The position numbers and the translations under genes were made by a program. Below, in pieces: positions 39,961 to 52,694 of a DNA stretch of 64,000 nucleotides. The notes below the pieces were generated by a model. The model was not told the origin of the DNA, made no database searches, and saw only the letters and a list, made by a program, of their open reading frames with translations. The stretch's first letter is position 1, and each line of letters opens with the position of its first letter. This stretch comes from Lama glama (taxonomy: Eukaryota), in assembly GCA_028534125.1 (NCBI GenBank), contig CM052816.1:21888001-21952000 (forward strand). The letters are read 5' to 3'.

Positions 39961-41639
39961 TTGATGCTTATATTGCGAGCTATTTTTAACAGAACTTAAT
40001 TGAAACCACATGAGTGAGAGACCTAATTCCAGGTCTGCCTGAAAGAAACTCTATACTCAAGGTTTGCTGAAGCAGGGAATGTATAATACGTACAATCAAT
40101 CATATACCAAGTATTTAATATATTATCTCATTCCCAAACAACTTTCTTTAGCTAATGCTATCTGTAGCATTTTTTTGGTAATACAGTTTGTTGTGTCATC
40201 TCAGAAATGTCCTTCCCAAAAAGCAGCAATACTATTGTCAGCACAGTGCAGTGTGTAACCGTTGGTGAGATTTTAACTCTGATGGTTTTACTAATGTTAT
40301 TAGACACAAAAGTAAATAAGGCAAATTTTCAAAGCTGCTTTAATATGAAAGAAAATCACAAAATTGAAAAAGGAATTTGAGGTTACATAACCCGTGTGGT
40401 AATCATTTTAAAATAGCAGTCCTATGAAAATATTCTTGTAAATGATTTGACAAGGGCTAAGTCACTAACAAAGCTATTTGTAATTTCGGTTTCATATTTT
40501 AATCTGGAGGTGAAGTATGTGAAAGTTGTCAGGAAATGTAGAAGAGATCATTAATGATGGAGGCTAGAACCAAATTTAGACCTGAATTCTAAATCAGTAG
40601 CCAACTAAGTCAGCAAATCTTGTGGTAGTTTTAAAAGCAGAAATATGATAAGCAGAGGGGCAAGAAGAAATGAAATAGAAGGCCTATTCCCTGCCTTCAA
40701 GGAGTTTATAATCCAAAGGGGAGGAATGAGAATAAGAACAAAGTATTTGATAGTTTTAATCAGGTGTTAATTTTCTGTGAGAAAGAATAATACCTGATTC
40801 TTAGATTGGGCCTAGTAGGGCTGGAGGAAGTAAACATTTGATAGTTTCATATTGTTCATAAGAAAAATATAGCTAGCTTAGAGAGAGAAATACTTGGCCA
40901 GGCTGGTGTAATTTAGAAAGTGACAAGAGCCAGGATTTGAAGGTAAGACTATTTGAGTCCCATATTTTTATCAGCTGGAGCACAGGAAAAGGGGAGAGGG
41001 AAGGAGGAGCTGCAATTGGTGTTGTAGGCTCAGCAGTGGAGGATATAACTTCAATTATCATTAAGAGGAAGGAAAGTAGAATAAGCCTGCTTGCTTTCTG
41101 GCAGACATCAGAAGTTCAAAGAGGATTCCTGTTGGCAAATCCTAGGAGAAGGTTATACGCTTAACTTTCTGTCTGTGGGTAAGTCTCAGACATCTTTCAG
41201 TGAGCCTGCCTGGAAGACCATCAAAAAAGGAATCCATCTCTTTCTGGAGAGAGGGTCTCCATAGTTCTGATCGTGTTTGCAAAGTAGTCTGTGATCTAAA
41301 AAAAAAGTTAACAGTGGTACTGGACCCCTTTACTTCAGCATATAACTAATTAAATAACTTCATTTTTAAGCATTTAAAATTGTATTTTCAAATTACACTT
41401 CAAGATACAAAAATAATCTCAGGTCATAAGTACCCAGAAAATCCAGTTAAAAATTCGTGATGTCATTTCCATTAAAAATGTTTTTCACTGGAGTTTTTTT
41501 TTCACCTTTCCAATGTGTAATTCATCATGTTTTGTTCAGTTATGAATAGCCTCTTTCTTTCCTATTGTGTATACAGCATATATATTTATATGAAGGGTGT
41601 GATGCCCAAACTTTCCAGGTAGACATTTTCTTCTACCTC

Positions 41640-44600
41640 TCCTGCTCTACTGTTGCTTTCTAACTTGGCATTTTAAAATGTTGAATCGTCTTATATCTTA
41701 CACGCTCCCTTGATTCCATATGTTCTTCTACCTACCCAATAATCCTTTATCTCTTTACCCCCCTGTGTTTCCTAAAAAGAGTGCTTTCTGAAAGCTTTCT
41801 CATGGATTCCTCACTCCTCAGCCCTTTCCCCTCTTTCTCCTTCTCCCCCTCAACACACATAGAGTCTGGTTTCAGCTCTGGTTCTTCCCTGAACTGGTTC
41901 CCTCAAGTCTACCAGCAACCTCTTTGATGCTAATCTAATGAGTATTTTCCTGTTTTTATCTTACCCAACCTGTCCCAGCTAATGATGTTGCAGACATCTT
42001 CTTAAAAGCCTCCAGTAAGGAATGACCTCTCTGAAACATTACTCTCCAGGCTTATATCTCATCTCTAACTCTTTCTCTTCCATGTCTTCTGACGGCTCGT
42101 TTTCCTCTGTCCAGTCTTTAAATTTTGTTGTTTCTTGGAGTTCTATTCTAGGGTTTCTTCTTATGTAACACATTCTCCCTAGGTGATCTCACCTACCATT
42201 GGCTTCAGTTACCATCTCTGTACACTTGACCCCAAATCTTTGTTTCAGACTGCCATAGATAGTGGTAGTGGACATGTGTGGTGACTGTCTCTGCATCTGT
42301 CTCCCAAAAGATGTCTTTCCTTATATTCCCTGGCAGCCTGTATTTGTCACCATCATAGCATTTACCACAATATACTGTAAATGTCTTTAAATTCTATTTT
42401 TTTCTCCACTAGATTATAAAGTTCTTAAATGTAGGAACTACATCTTGTTATCATTGTATTACTCTTCCCCTCCACCTCCATCGCAATTGGATTTTGAGTT
42501 TCCAAGTCATTTAGGTGGGGTGGACCCCACCCTTAGTTCCAGGAGTGGGCCTTTAATGGTTTATGTTAATTAACAGGACCCTCCTAACTCTGGCACATTG
42601 ATTAGTTCAGAAATGGGTGCAAGGCCAAAAATGATCCTATCGGATTAAATCTCAGAGCTTTTTCTGGGAATGCTGGGATACAGACTTCTCCCTTTTTCTC
42701 TTGGATTTCTATCTGAAAGAGTTTTATCTGAAAGGAAAGCTGCCGGCAGTTATCATGTGTTCACAAATGGAGGCCCTGACTGACAATGGAGTTCACGCAG
42801 AGAAATTAGAGCTGGGATGGAGAAACTGGATTCTTGATATCAATGTTGCAGTCTTTGGATTCAGCTGTGCCTAAACTGTCTTCTACTTCAGCTCTAGTTA
42901 TGCGAGCTAATTTTTTTTTGTTTATGCTAGTTTAATTTGGGTTTTCTAGCATGTGCACCTCAGAACATCCTGACTGATGGACTCAACCAAGACCTTTCTA
43001 GAGTTCTAGGTCTTTGTAGCCAAATGCTTACTTGTCATTACTATAGGGATTCTCGTGATATCTCATACTCAACATACCCCAATCTGAATTTATCTTCCCC
43101 CCAAAGCAGTTCTTTCTCCTGTCATCTGTTTCAGTGTTAGATATCTTCATCTATCCAAGTTATTGAACCAGAAATTTGGCCATCACCCATGACTCCTCCC
43201 TCACTCTTATTTTTTCACAGGTAGTCAACATGAAGTCTTGTTGATTTTGAATCCTATATAGCTGTCAATATTTTACACACCCCTCTATTCCTTTGGCTAT
43301 TCTCTGAGTTCATGCCACTACTTTCTTGCCTAGCTTAGAGTAAAAGCCTCTTTGCTAGTTTCTCAACCATTTTTCTTGTACCCTATAGTCAATTTTCCAC
43401 AATGGATTCAGAGAGAGCTTTCTAAAATACTCATCTGATCATGTTTCCTGCTTAAAATCCCTCATAGCTCTCCAATGTCCTCTGGATAAAGTCTGATCTT
43501 TTAAATGTATTTTACATAGTTTTCTTACTCCTGTTCAGTTTTAACACTAGATTTTGTCGTGGGTCACTGAATTTTTATATTCTCTCTTGCCTCCAAGCCC
43601 AGCATGTGCTGCTCCATCTGCCTGAAACATGCTCTCCCTGCCCATATCTTCTTTAGCCTATCCCATTTTATCTTTAGCCTATCATTATTTTTAATCCCTT
43701 TTTATTTCACCCTTTATAAAACTCTTCTTAATTCCCCCAAAAGGTTAGTTGTTTTTCATTGTTTTCCCACAGCATTCTCTGCTTGCCCACATCATAGCAT
43801 TTATCACAATGTATCACAATGTAATTGCCTGTTAGATTCTGTTTTTTCTCCCTAGACTGTAAGCTTCTCCAGTACAGGAATTACATCTTGCCCATCATTG
43901 TATTTGCAGGTTCTAGCCCAGGTGCCAGACACACAGTAAACATATTAAGTGTTTGGAAAATATTTGTTGAAAGAATGTTTGTCATAGAAGTGTGCCATTA
44001 TATAAGGGACCTTCTTTTGTATACTTCTAATAGAATTCAAGGTGAGGATTTCAAGCCAATTTTGTATTGAAGATAAAGGTTTAATTCCTTAAAAGCACTT
44101 ATCACAATCTGCAATAACTTGTTTGTTTACTTGATTTCTTAAGGGTGAGAGGGCTGTGCCTGTCTTGTTCATTATTGTATTCTTAGCACCTGGAACGTAA
44201 CAAGTGCTTGGTTTCACTATCTCTATTAGATTATTTCTCTTAGCATATGAAATTCTCTAATATCTTACATTAAAAAAAAGGAAGACAATCAACTTTCCAC
44301 CCTCCTCATACTGAGAGGATCTCCTGTCAATCCTCATTTTTCTTCTCCCTTTCTCAGCAAAACAGAGTTGCTGTCTATACTTGCTTTACAGTCCCCTCCC
44401 TACTCTTTATTTTTTGAGTCCACTCCATTCAGGCTTTTGCTTACTCAATTGCATTGAAACTGTTCTTGTTAAGATGTCCATGTTGACAAATCTAATGGAC
44501 ATTTAAATTTTCAACAACATTCAACACAGTTGAGCCCTTTCTCTTTTTTGGGTATTTTCTTCTCTTATCTTGCTACACCTGTACCTTCTCAATCTTCTTT

Positions 44601-46960
44601 GCTGGATCCTCCTCTTCAATACTTGTAAGTCTTGTCCTCTTTAAGTCTTAGTCCTGGACTCTCTTCTGTATATGCACGTTCTCTCTAGGTAAATTCATCC
44701 ATTTCACTATTTTAAATTCTGTGTATGAGCTGTGTACAGAGTTTCTCTCCCTCCTGGCTTCTCCCCATATATTCTACTCAGATTCTCCACATGGATGTCT
44801 AATAGCCAATTCAAACTTAATATATCCAAATGTAATATGCTTGATTTTCCTATACAAGCCTGTACTTTTCCTGGTCTTTCTATCAGGAAATGCCTTCCAT
44901 TTGGTTGCTCAAGACAAAAACCTAGGAATCAATCCTTGGTTTTTCTTCCTTTCACTCCTATTACAAATCCTGTTGGTTCTGCCTTTAAGATATTTAGCCA
45001 ACATCAGTGGTTGCCTAAAATACACAGTAGACTCATATTGTTTCTCTGCTTCCATTCTTACTCTTTTATAACCCCTTCTCTTCAGAGCAGCCAGAGTAAT
45101 CTAAAATCATAAATTCAATCATTCCCTTTCCTGTTCTAAACTCCTACAATAGTTCCCATCACATTTAATCTAATCTCATTTCTATAATTTACAAGGTCCT
45201 ACATAATCTGGCTCCTTGTATCTTCCTAACCACATGTCGAACATCTTCCTCCTCCCAGAGTGTACCCAACTCTTCTAGACTTTTTTCTCTTTAAACAGGT
45301 GAAACCCATTCCTATCTCAGAGCCATTGTAATTTTTCTTCTCTCTGCTAGAATGTTCTTCACCACCATCTTCCCATTTCATTCTTTAGACCTCAGTTCAG
45401 ATCTCACATCGTTGGAGAGGACTTTCCTAATCACTCCATCTAAATTTGGTCCCCTCCAGTTGTTTACTATTAACTCTTTCTTTCATAGCTTTTAGTACTA
45501 CTTGCAAACGTCTCATTTACTATACCTCTCCCCATTAAGAACTAAGTTCCTGAGAGTAGAATAGACTCTGTCTAGAACAATGTCTGAGCTCTTTGAGGGA
45601 CTCAAGATAATATTTATTGAATAAATGAATGTTTATGTTTTCTGGTGCCTCAAACCACTGCCATCCCCTTATTATATAAAAGTAAATCATTGTGGGTTAA
45701 GAGTTTTTAAAACTGAGGTACCCTGAGTTCATCTGAATATTATTCAGGAACTTTTACTTGATCATCTTGATTCTGTATGTCTTGTTCTGAGATGTTATCA
45801 ATGAAAATCTAATTTGTTTTAGGAAAATTTAGCACAATTGAGGTTGTACTATTACTATGGTGGTTAAGGGAGCAAGATTCCAGTTTTATTGCGACCTTTT
45901 TACTATGTCTGGTAACCAGAAAGTGTCTGTTGCGAGGACCGCCCCTATCTTTAATGTTATTGGAATCGGATGGACAGAGACCCATAGGTTGTTGGGGTTT
46001 AGTGGAGGTTGAATCTTCTACTCCTAAGTGAAAGTGTAACCTTATGTCTAATTTTCTAACCCAACAGTTCTACATTCATATAACATTAATGAATAATTAT
46101 TTTCTTTCTCACATTTCCTACATGCTGACTTCCTAAATTTAAAGAGGCTACTTAAAGATATCTTAGCTTCTATGTGGGAAGAAGTAGTGTTAAGTATAAT
46201 TATCCATGAAGTAGCTTTTTTCCCAAGATGAAAGCACACAAAGTTATTGTACTTATAAACTTCCTTTGGAGGGGACCTGGAACTACTCTTCTCTGTGCCA
46301 GCCATTGAAAAGCCATGATTCCTCAGTGTTTTTGGTCCTATGTTGAGAGACTTGAGCCTGTTTCCACTTGCACTAATTTAGTGAAACTTGCTAGTATAAA
46401 ACCAAAACCTCCCCAAATGATTGATTCTTAATTGACTTATAGGAAGTGCATTTTCTAACTTAAAAAAATTGCTTCCAGAGCAAAAAACAGAACAAACCCC
46501 CCCAAAAACACAAGAAAAAACAAAAAATTGTATTGACTTCATTTTTTGCTTACAAAATTTTCATTCTGTGTTCACATTTTGTGAAAAAAAAATACATAGC
46601 TTCTTTTGCCTCATTAGAAATATTTCAGTATTTTGTGCCAGAGTCCAGAGATCTATCTTAAGTTTATAGATGATACAGTCCTGTGATTTTGAGAGTGTAT
46701 TGCCCAGTAATTCTGGAGCTTGGGTAATGTGCAGAGGAGCTCTGAATGAATCTTAACCTGAGCACCTCAAATGTCACCTCCTCAGACAGACCTTCCCCAC
46801 TCACTCATTTCATTGCTTAATTCTCGTTTATAACACTAATAGTTTGAAATTACAGTGTACTTATTTACTGTCTCCTATGGAAAGTTAGCTCTGTCCTTCT
46901 TGTTTACTTTGAATCTCAGTGCCTAGACAAGGGGCACTTGAACATTTGTGGAATGAAAAA
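41640..46960 (+). mobile_element. Intergenic L2 fragments plus an MLT1-like LTR (~42255-42980)
   Basis: Pyrimidine-rich L2 bodies ending in typical tails (atatttgttgaaagaatg ~43970; tttattgaataaatgaat ~45620; tttgtggaatgaa ~46950). Confidence 0.65.
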
Positions 46961-48049
46961 TTAATTTCTTAATCACCTAAAAATAGTACTTTTAAAATTC
47001 TTGTAACATTGAAATTCAACATGTTGACTACTTAAATTCTTCAAGATATGTATTTTGCCTATTACTTTGTTTTTCTATATAAGACCACTTATTTTAGCAC
47101 ATAGACTCTAGGTGCAAATATGTGGGAGTTGGTAGCCACTTAAAGAAAAGACAGTTTGATTTGTATACCTAGTTAAATGAGATTTTCAAAAAAGTACTTT
47201 AATCTAACCTTCCAAACCACATACAAATAGTTTCCTGACAACTGTCAGAGAATTCCGTCCCATGGTACAGAGTTCCTCATCCTGAAGGGGCAGTGGATGA
47301 ATGAGTAACAGTGCTGAAAATTTATAAGACCAGTTTGATCCAAACCCCAGTAAATTTTGGTTCCCTGCGTTTAATAAGACTATAAGGTCTTTTATGAGCA
47401 AAGTTTTTCTTTGGAAAAGGTTTTCCCCCTATTTTTAAAAAGCTTTCCAATTATTTAAATTCATTAATGTTGCAACAATACGACGTGTAACAAATCAGAA
47501 CACAAGTTACTATATTCCTAACAAGTCAAAGGAAAATAAAATATTACATCTTCTTAGTAAATCAAGACCAACCCTAGTATTTCTTACAGGGACCACATCA
47601 GCATCTTGCACAGTCATCAGAAGTGAATTTCTTGCACTGTAGAATGAGAGCATTAGGCTGGGCAACATCATCTGAATAGTACTAAAATGATTGTTTCCAA
47701 ATGACAGCATGTGAACTTACACTAAGAAAAACGTTTGAATCTGAAATATGTATCAGAGTGCGTTAGTGTCTAACAAACACTGTGTTCCATGTGAATGATA
47801 CCTCAAGGGCTGTGCATTCAGTGGCCCTGAACACTAATATTTACTAGCTAGGTTTATGTAAATAAACTGTTCAAGGGGCGTAACTTTAGAACGTTCATAT
47901 GGAAAAAGTGCAGTAGGGTTTTCCTACTAATAAACCCATTTGTTCACAATTCCAGAGTTCCTCTCTCTCTCCATACTTAGACATTAAGATTGAGTCTATA
48001 TCCTGAGCCTCCTATCGCCAGTTCTTCCAAAGGGGCTAATTTCTGGTAT

Positions 48050-49460
48050 GTAAGGGTTCGAGGCACTACTGGGAAACACTGAGGGCCGCTGCCGGCACTC
48101 CCTGGCCGAGGCAGTCCCCGGAACAGGCAGTCCCTGGTCTCTTCGGGGAGTCAGGACTGTGGCGAGTGTCTTCGCAGGGTCCTTCATCAGATCTAGTAAG
48201 CCAGCCCCGCGCTGTCAAGCTCTGAGCCCAAACCTCTCGCGGCTCAACGCGGGCCGGCCTGTGGCCCTGGGCTCAAAGACCAGCCGGTGCCGAGGCCCCG
48301 CTCTTTGTCCGCTCCGCGCCTTGTCTACTCAGGATTCCGCCAGGCGCGAGATGGAGGCGCGAAGTCGCAGAGGCTGAGGAGGTGACGGCGGGGGAGGGTC
48401 GAATGCTCCTGGCGTCCTAAGCGTCTCTCTTGGTTGTGGGTGAGGGGAGCCAGAGGCTTCTGCACTCCAAAGTCCCTGGCGCCCCCCCCCCCCCCGCGGC
48501 ACTCTACTGTCGCCTCAGATAGCAACTGACAGCGTCACGGAGGAAGACCTCAACCAGACCGCTTTCCTCCTTGTCTTCCCACCCACCTCTCGTTCTCCGC
48601 CCCTATCCTCGGCGCAAGCCCCGCCCCCTGAGCTGCCACGTGAGGGTACCCACTCGAGAGCCTATGGGCGCCAGCACCGCCCCACGCCTCCGCCTTGCAC
48701 CCTGCTCCGCGCGCCGCCACGTGATGCGGCTCACCGCCAGCCAATGGACGCCGGCCTTGCCTCGCGCCCCGCCCCGCGCGCCGTGGCCGTTTGTAGTGAC
48801 TAATTTCTGTCATATGACTGAGGCGCCTATGGGGGTGGCGGGGCAGCTGTAGGAGCAGGGGCCTGGCGAGTGCCTTGAGGAGCGACCCCGGCCTGGCCGT
48901 GGGTACCATGGCCCCTACGCTGTTCCAGAAGCTTTTCAGCAAGAGGAGCGGCCTGGGCGCGCCGGGACGGGACGCGAGGGACCCGGATTGCGCGTTCAGG
49001 TAGGGCGCTGTAGGGCGAGGGGCGCGGAGACGATGGCCTTGTGGGCTTCGGGTTCCAGAGGTGCTGGGGCTTTTGGTGTTGTCGGCCGCACGGCAGCGCC
49101 GCGCCCGGACCAGGATCTGGGCCGCGGTCAGGAGGGGCAGGGTAGCTGCAGACCTGCGCTGGAGGGTTCGAGCGAGGTCGTCTCTCCCCACCCCCCACCC
49201 CCACCGTTGCCCCTTCCCCCTCGTCAGGGTTGGTTTGTTTACGTCGTGCTCGGCTGCCACGCGCGGCTCTGCCCCTCCGAACCGAGCATCGCGGCCTGAG
49301 CTTAGGGTCTACACGCCTCCCTGGCGGCGAGTAGAGTTGGGCGCGGGCTGGATAGGACCTCAGCCGCCGTCCTCTGGGCCGAAAAGTTCTCCCCTCCTCC
49401 CCGTGACCATCGTCCTCTGGGTGCTCCATTCCAGCTTGGGTGCTGTTGTGGAGAGAGCAG
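48050..49460 (+). promoter_or_regulatory. FNIP1: CpG-island promoter of FNIP1
   Basis: Abrupt GC- and CpG-rich segment. GC box 48619-48627, CACGTG at 48637-48642 and 48718-48723, CCAAT 48741-48745, palindrome GTCATATGAC 48809-48818. Confidence 0.92.
48908..48999 (+). CDS. FNIP1: FNIP1 (folliculin-interacting protein 1) exon 1 coding part: [30 protein letters not shown](S)
   Basis: Strong Kozak ACCATGG, 92 coding nt, donor AG|GTAGGG at 49000. Peptide matches recalled FNIP1 N-terminus. MEIKIN followed by FNIP1 matches the known mammalian gene order. Confidence 0.96.
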
Positions 49461-50844
49461 CACGTTTTGGCCAACCTTCTGAGTGTAGAGAAGACTGGAG
49501 GAGCGTGTAGGCAAGCTGCTGTTCTTTAAGATTTCTTGGAAACCTAAACTGGCGGTGTGCAGATATATACCAGACCCAGCGGCCTTAACAGGGAGAAATG
49601 TGAAACTTAAAATGTTGTGGTTGTTACTGACCAGAATGAAACTGCACTGAATCACCTGAAGCATGGCGGTAGCATTGACTGGCTCCTTGGAACTGTTACT
49701 AAAAACGAGTCTTCAAAAATTGAGAACGATAGCAGCATATTTTGTGGTATTACACGCTTTGTTAATTTTTGGTTGCAGTACCTGTTGCTGATACAAAAAC
49801 TTTAAAATTTTTAGACTTAATGTAATATAAACCTGAATTCTAGGTAAAATTTTAGTCTCGAAACTACATTTGAAGAAGAGATGTGTTCCACGCAGCCTTC
49901 ACGTTTGTTGCCGTGTGGAAACTTGTAAATATAACTAGGCTAAATGTCAAATATCACTCAAACTTGATAGGATAGCAAAGAGCCCAGTTGTATAGTAGTC
50001 ATAGGAAAAAATGAGAATCTGTTAAATTCTGCAACAGCTTAAGTCTGAAATGACTGTACTACACCGGTTTAAAAGGTTTTGATAATCTTAAAATTATTCA
50101 CCTCCCTCTTGCTAGAGCTGGTCTCATTAGTAAACATTAAGTAATACATGTGGAATTGAAGTATTAAATGGGAAGAAATATGACTGTTTAGAGAGAAAGA
50201 AAGATCTCAGTGGTGAACATCTTAGACCAATGCTTAGTAGAAGACAGTTATCTAGCTTTTGGTCTTTTGTACTGAGAAAGAAATGTCTTGACATGCTCAT
50301 CTAACGACCTTCTTTAAAGTTTTCTTTAGTGTTTTTCTTTTGAAAAATGTAAGTGCAGTCTTATAATACTACATTGAGCCATCCAGTAAATCAAGGGTCA
50401 GTAGAAAGCAAGTTCAGGAGGGATATTAAAAAGTTATTTGTATAGGCTTTCTATTTCTGGGCAACGATTTACTTTGGGATACCAATCTTTCCAAGCACCT
50501 CAGGTCATTCTTGTGAAAAAATGTCTATTTAAAAAAAATGTGAAGTCTACTATAGGTTTGTGTAATAGTTCTTTAGAGTTGCCAAAGCACTTTCTCATCA
50601 GTTAATCTCATGTGATGTTTCATAACAACCTTGTGAGATTGTCAGGGTAAGTAGCAGTATAGATAACTAATGTGATCTTTTTTTCCATTTTAAGTAAGGA
50701 AGGATTATGTGTAAGCACAATAACTGTGGTACAATATGAAAGTTATTGCTTTAAAAAGTGTGTAGAGGTGTACATGTGAGAAAATGAAAACTGGCTAATG
50801 TCACATATCTTGTAACTTGCAAATTTAATCATCTCAAGTTTTTT

Positions 50845-51570
50845 TAAAACTTCATTGAGCTATAATTTATGTACAATAAAGTTGAGAGACTTTAGTGTAC
50901 AGTTCTGTGAATTTTGTTACATGTATTCAGTTGTGTAACCAACACCCCAATGAAGTTTTAGAAAACTCCCGTCACCCGAAAATTTCCCTCAGGCCCCTTT
51001 GCTGTCATTCCTTAGCCCTTCCTGACCCAGAGGTTCATCCATGTTGTTGCATTTATCAGCAGTTCCTTCCATTTTATTGCTGAATAGTATTCCATTATAT
51101 GGGTATACCACAATTTGTTTATCCATCCACTGGTTGGGAGATATTTGGGTTGTTTTCAGATTTGGGTTATAATGAACAACGCTGTTGTGAACATTTATGA
51201 ATGTATGCAGAAATATGTTTCATTTCTCTTGGAGTGAGATTGTTTGGTCATATGCTAAGTGTATGCTTAACTTTAAAAAAAATTGCCAAACTTTTCCAAA
51301 TTAGTTGTACCATTTTTGTATTCCCATTAGCAGTGTAGGAAGGTTACATTTGCTCCACAGCCTCTCCAATATCTGATATTGTTAGTCAGTTTTTTTAATT
51401 AGATTTTTTTTGTATTGTTAAAAACACCTAACATAAAACTTAATATGTTAGCCATTTTGGAGACTTTTTGATTATAGCCATTCTAATGGTGGTATCTAAT
51501 AAGTGGTATCTTGTGGTTTTAATTTGCATTTTCCAAATAATAAATGATGTTTAGTATCTTTTTATATAAT
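50845..51570 (-). mobile_element. L1 (L1MB-like) 3' fragment
   Basis: Antisense L1 3'UTR and ORF2-end motifs. Confidence 0.75.
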
Positions 51571-52346
51571 TTAGGTTTTTAAGTAGACTAAAATTCAGTG
51601 TTCATGCTAGTATACTATGCTTTCCTTTCTAGAATCCATTTTTGGTTTTGTTTTGTTGTAGTCAGCGTAAGTTGTTAAATCAGGCTTGGACACAATTAGC
51701 CATTGGCAACTAACTATAGCTCTGCCTGTAAGCGTCGGTTCCTAGAGTAAACAGTATATAAGGCCCAGTGGTGATAAGCCACTGGAGGGCTCCAGGATAG
51801 GAGAGACTTTTGACAGTAAAGCCTTAGGTGCCTTTCAATATTGTCTTTCATAGTTACTCCATTGAAAAAGATGATTAAGGATTACCCCCTTCTCTTCAGC
51901 CTTAAGTCTTTTACCTTACAGATTTTTGATGCTTGTCCTATCTAAGCTCCATTAAAGAATTTGGGAAAGAGGGTGCTTTCTAGGAGAAGATACTGCTGTA
52001 GGTTTCCTCTAGCAGGCCACCTTCCAGTGAAGTGAGAATTAAATGCAAGTCCAATAACTGCAATGAATATAAAATGATTGCTTTAAAAATAAAATTCTTG
52101 AAAGAAGTCTAATTTGATGAAGAAGGTTGTTTTAGAGTTAAATGTCCATAGGACGTAATTCATGTTTTGTTCAAAAAACAATTTCTGTATTTTTGTTTTA
52201 TTCTTTGTGCATGAACATTTTCTCGTATTGCCTGTAGCAGGAATTCTTAACCTGTTTTAACAGCCTCTTAATTGGTCTTTCGGTTATCACTCTTGCCTTT
52301 GTCCAACTATTGTCAACACTTCATCCTTTTGAAAAATTCTAATTCT

Positions 52347-52694
52347 TTTCTTTAGAATATGTTTTTATTGAAGTACAGTCAGTTTACAGTGTAGTGTCAA
52401 TTTCTGGTGTACAGCACAATGCTTCAGTCACATAGGAACATACATATATTCGTTCTCATATTATTCTTCACCATAGGTTACCACAAGATACTGAATGGTT
52501 CCCTGTGCTATACAGTATACACTTCTTGTTTATCGGATTTTGTGAGACTCCTCCTGTATTTCAAAATGAGAGACTCTGCTGGAGTTCAGTAGGTGTTCTG
52601 TGTGATTCAGTGGGTTTGTAGATGTAATTCTTGGTATATTTGTGGGAGAGGGTGATCAGTGAGTCTACTCTGCCATCTTGGCTCCGCCCACTCC
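52347..52694 (-). mobile_element. L1-derived mini-element: first ~160 nt of a 5'UTR fused to the last ~185 nt of a 3'UTR
   Basis: Minus strand starts GGAGTGGGCGGAGCCAAGATGGC. Junction at 52533/52534. The 3' part matches the L1 tails at 16432-16600 and 24800-24975. Degenerate TSD at 52332-52346 / 52695-52710. Confidence 0.85.

Noticed and set aside
48550..49510. Several 100-236 aa ORFs on both strands over the CpG island
   Set aside because: Expected from stop-codon scarcity in GC-rich DNA. They are Arg/Pro/Gly/Ala-rich with no recognisable domain and overlap FNIP1 exon 1.
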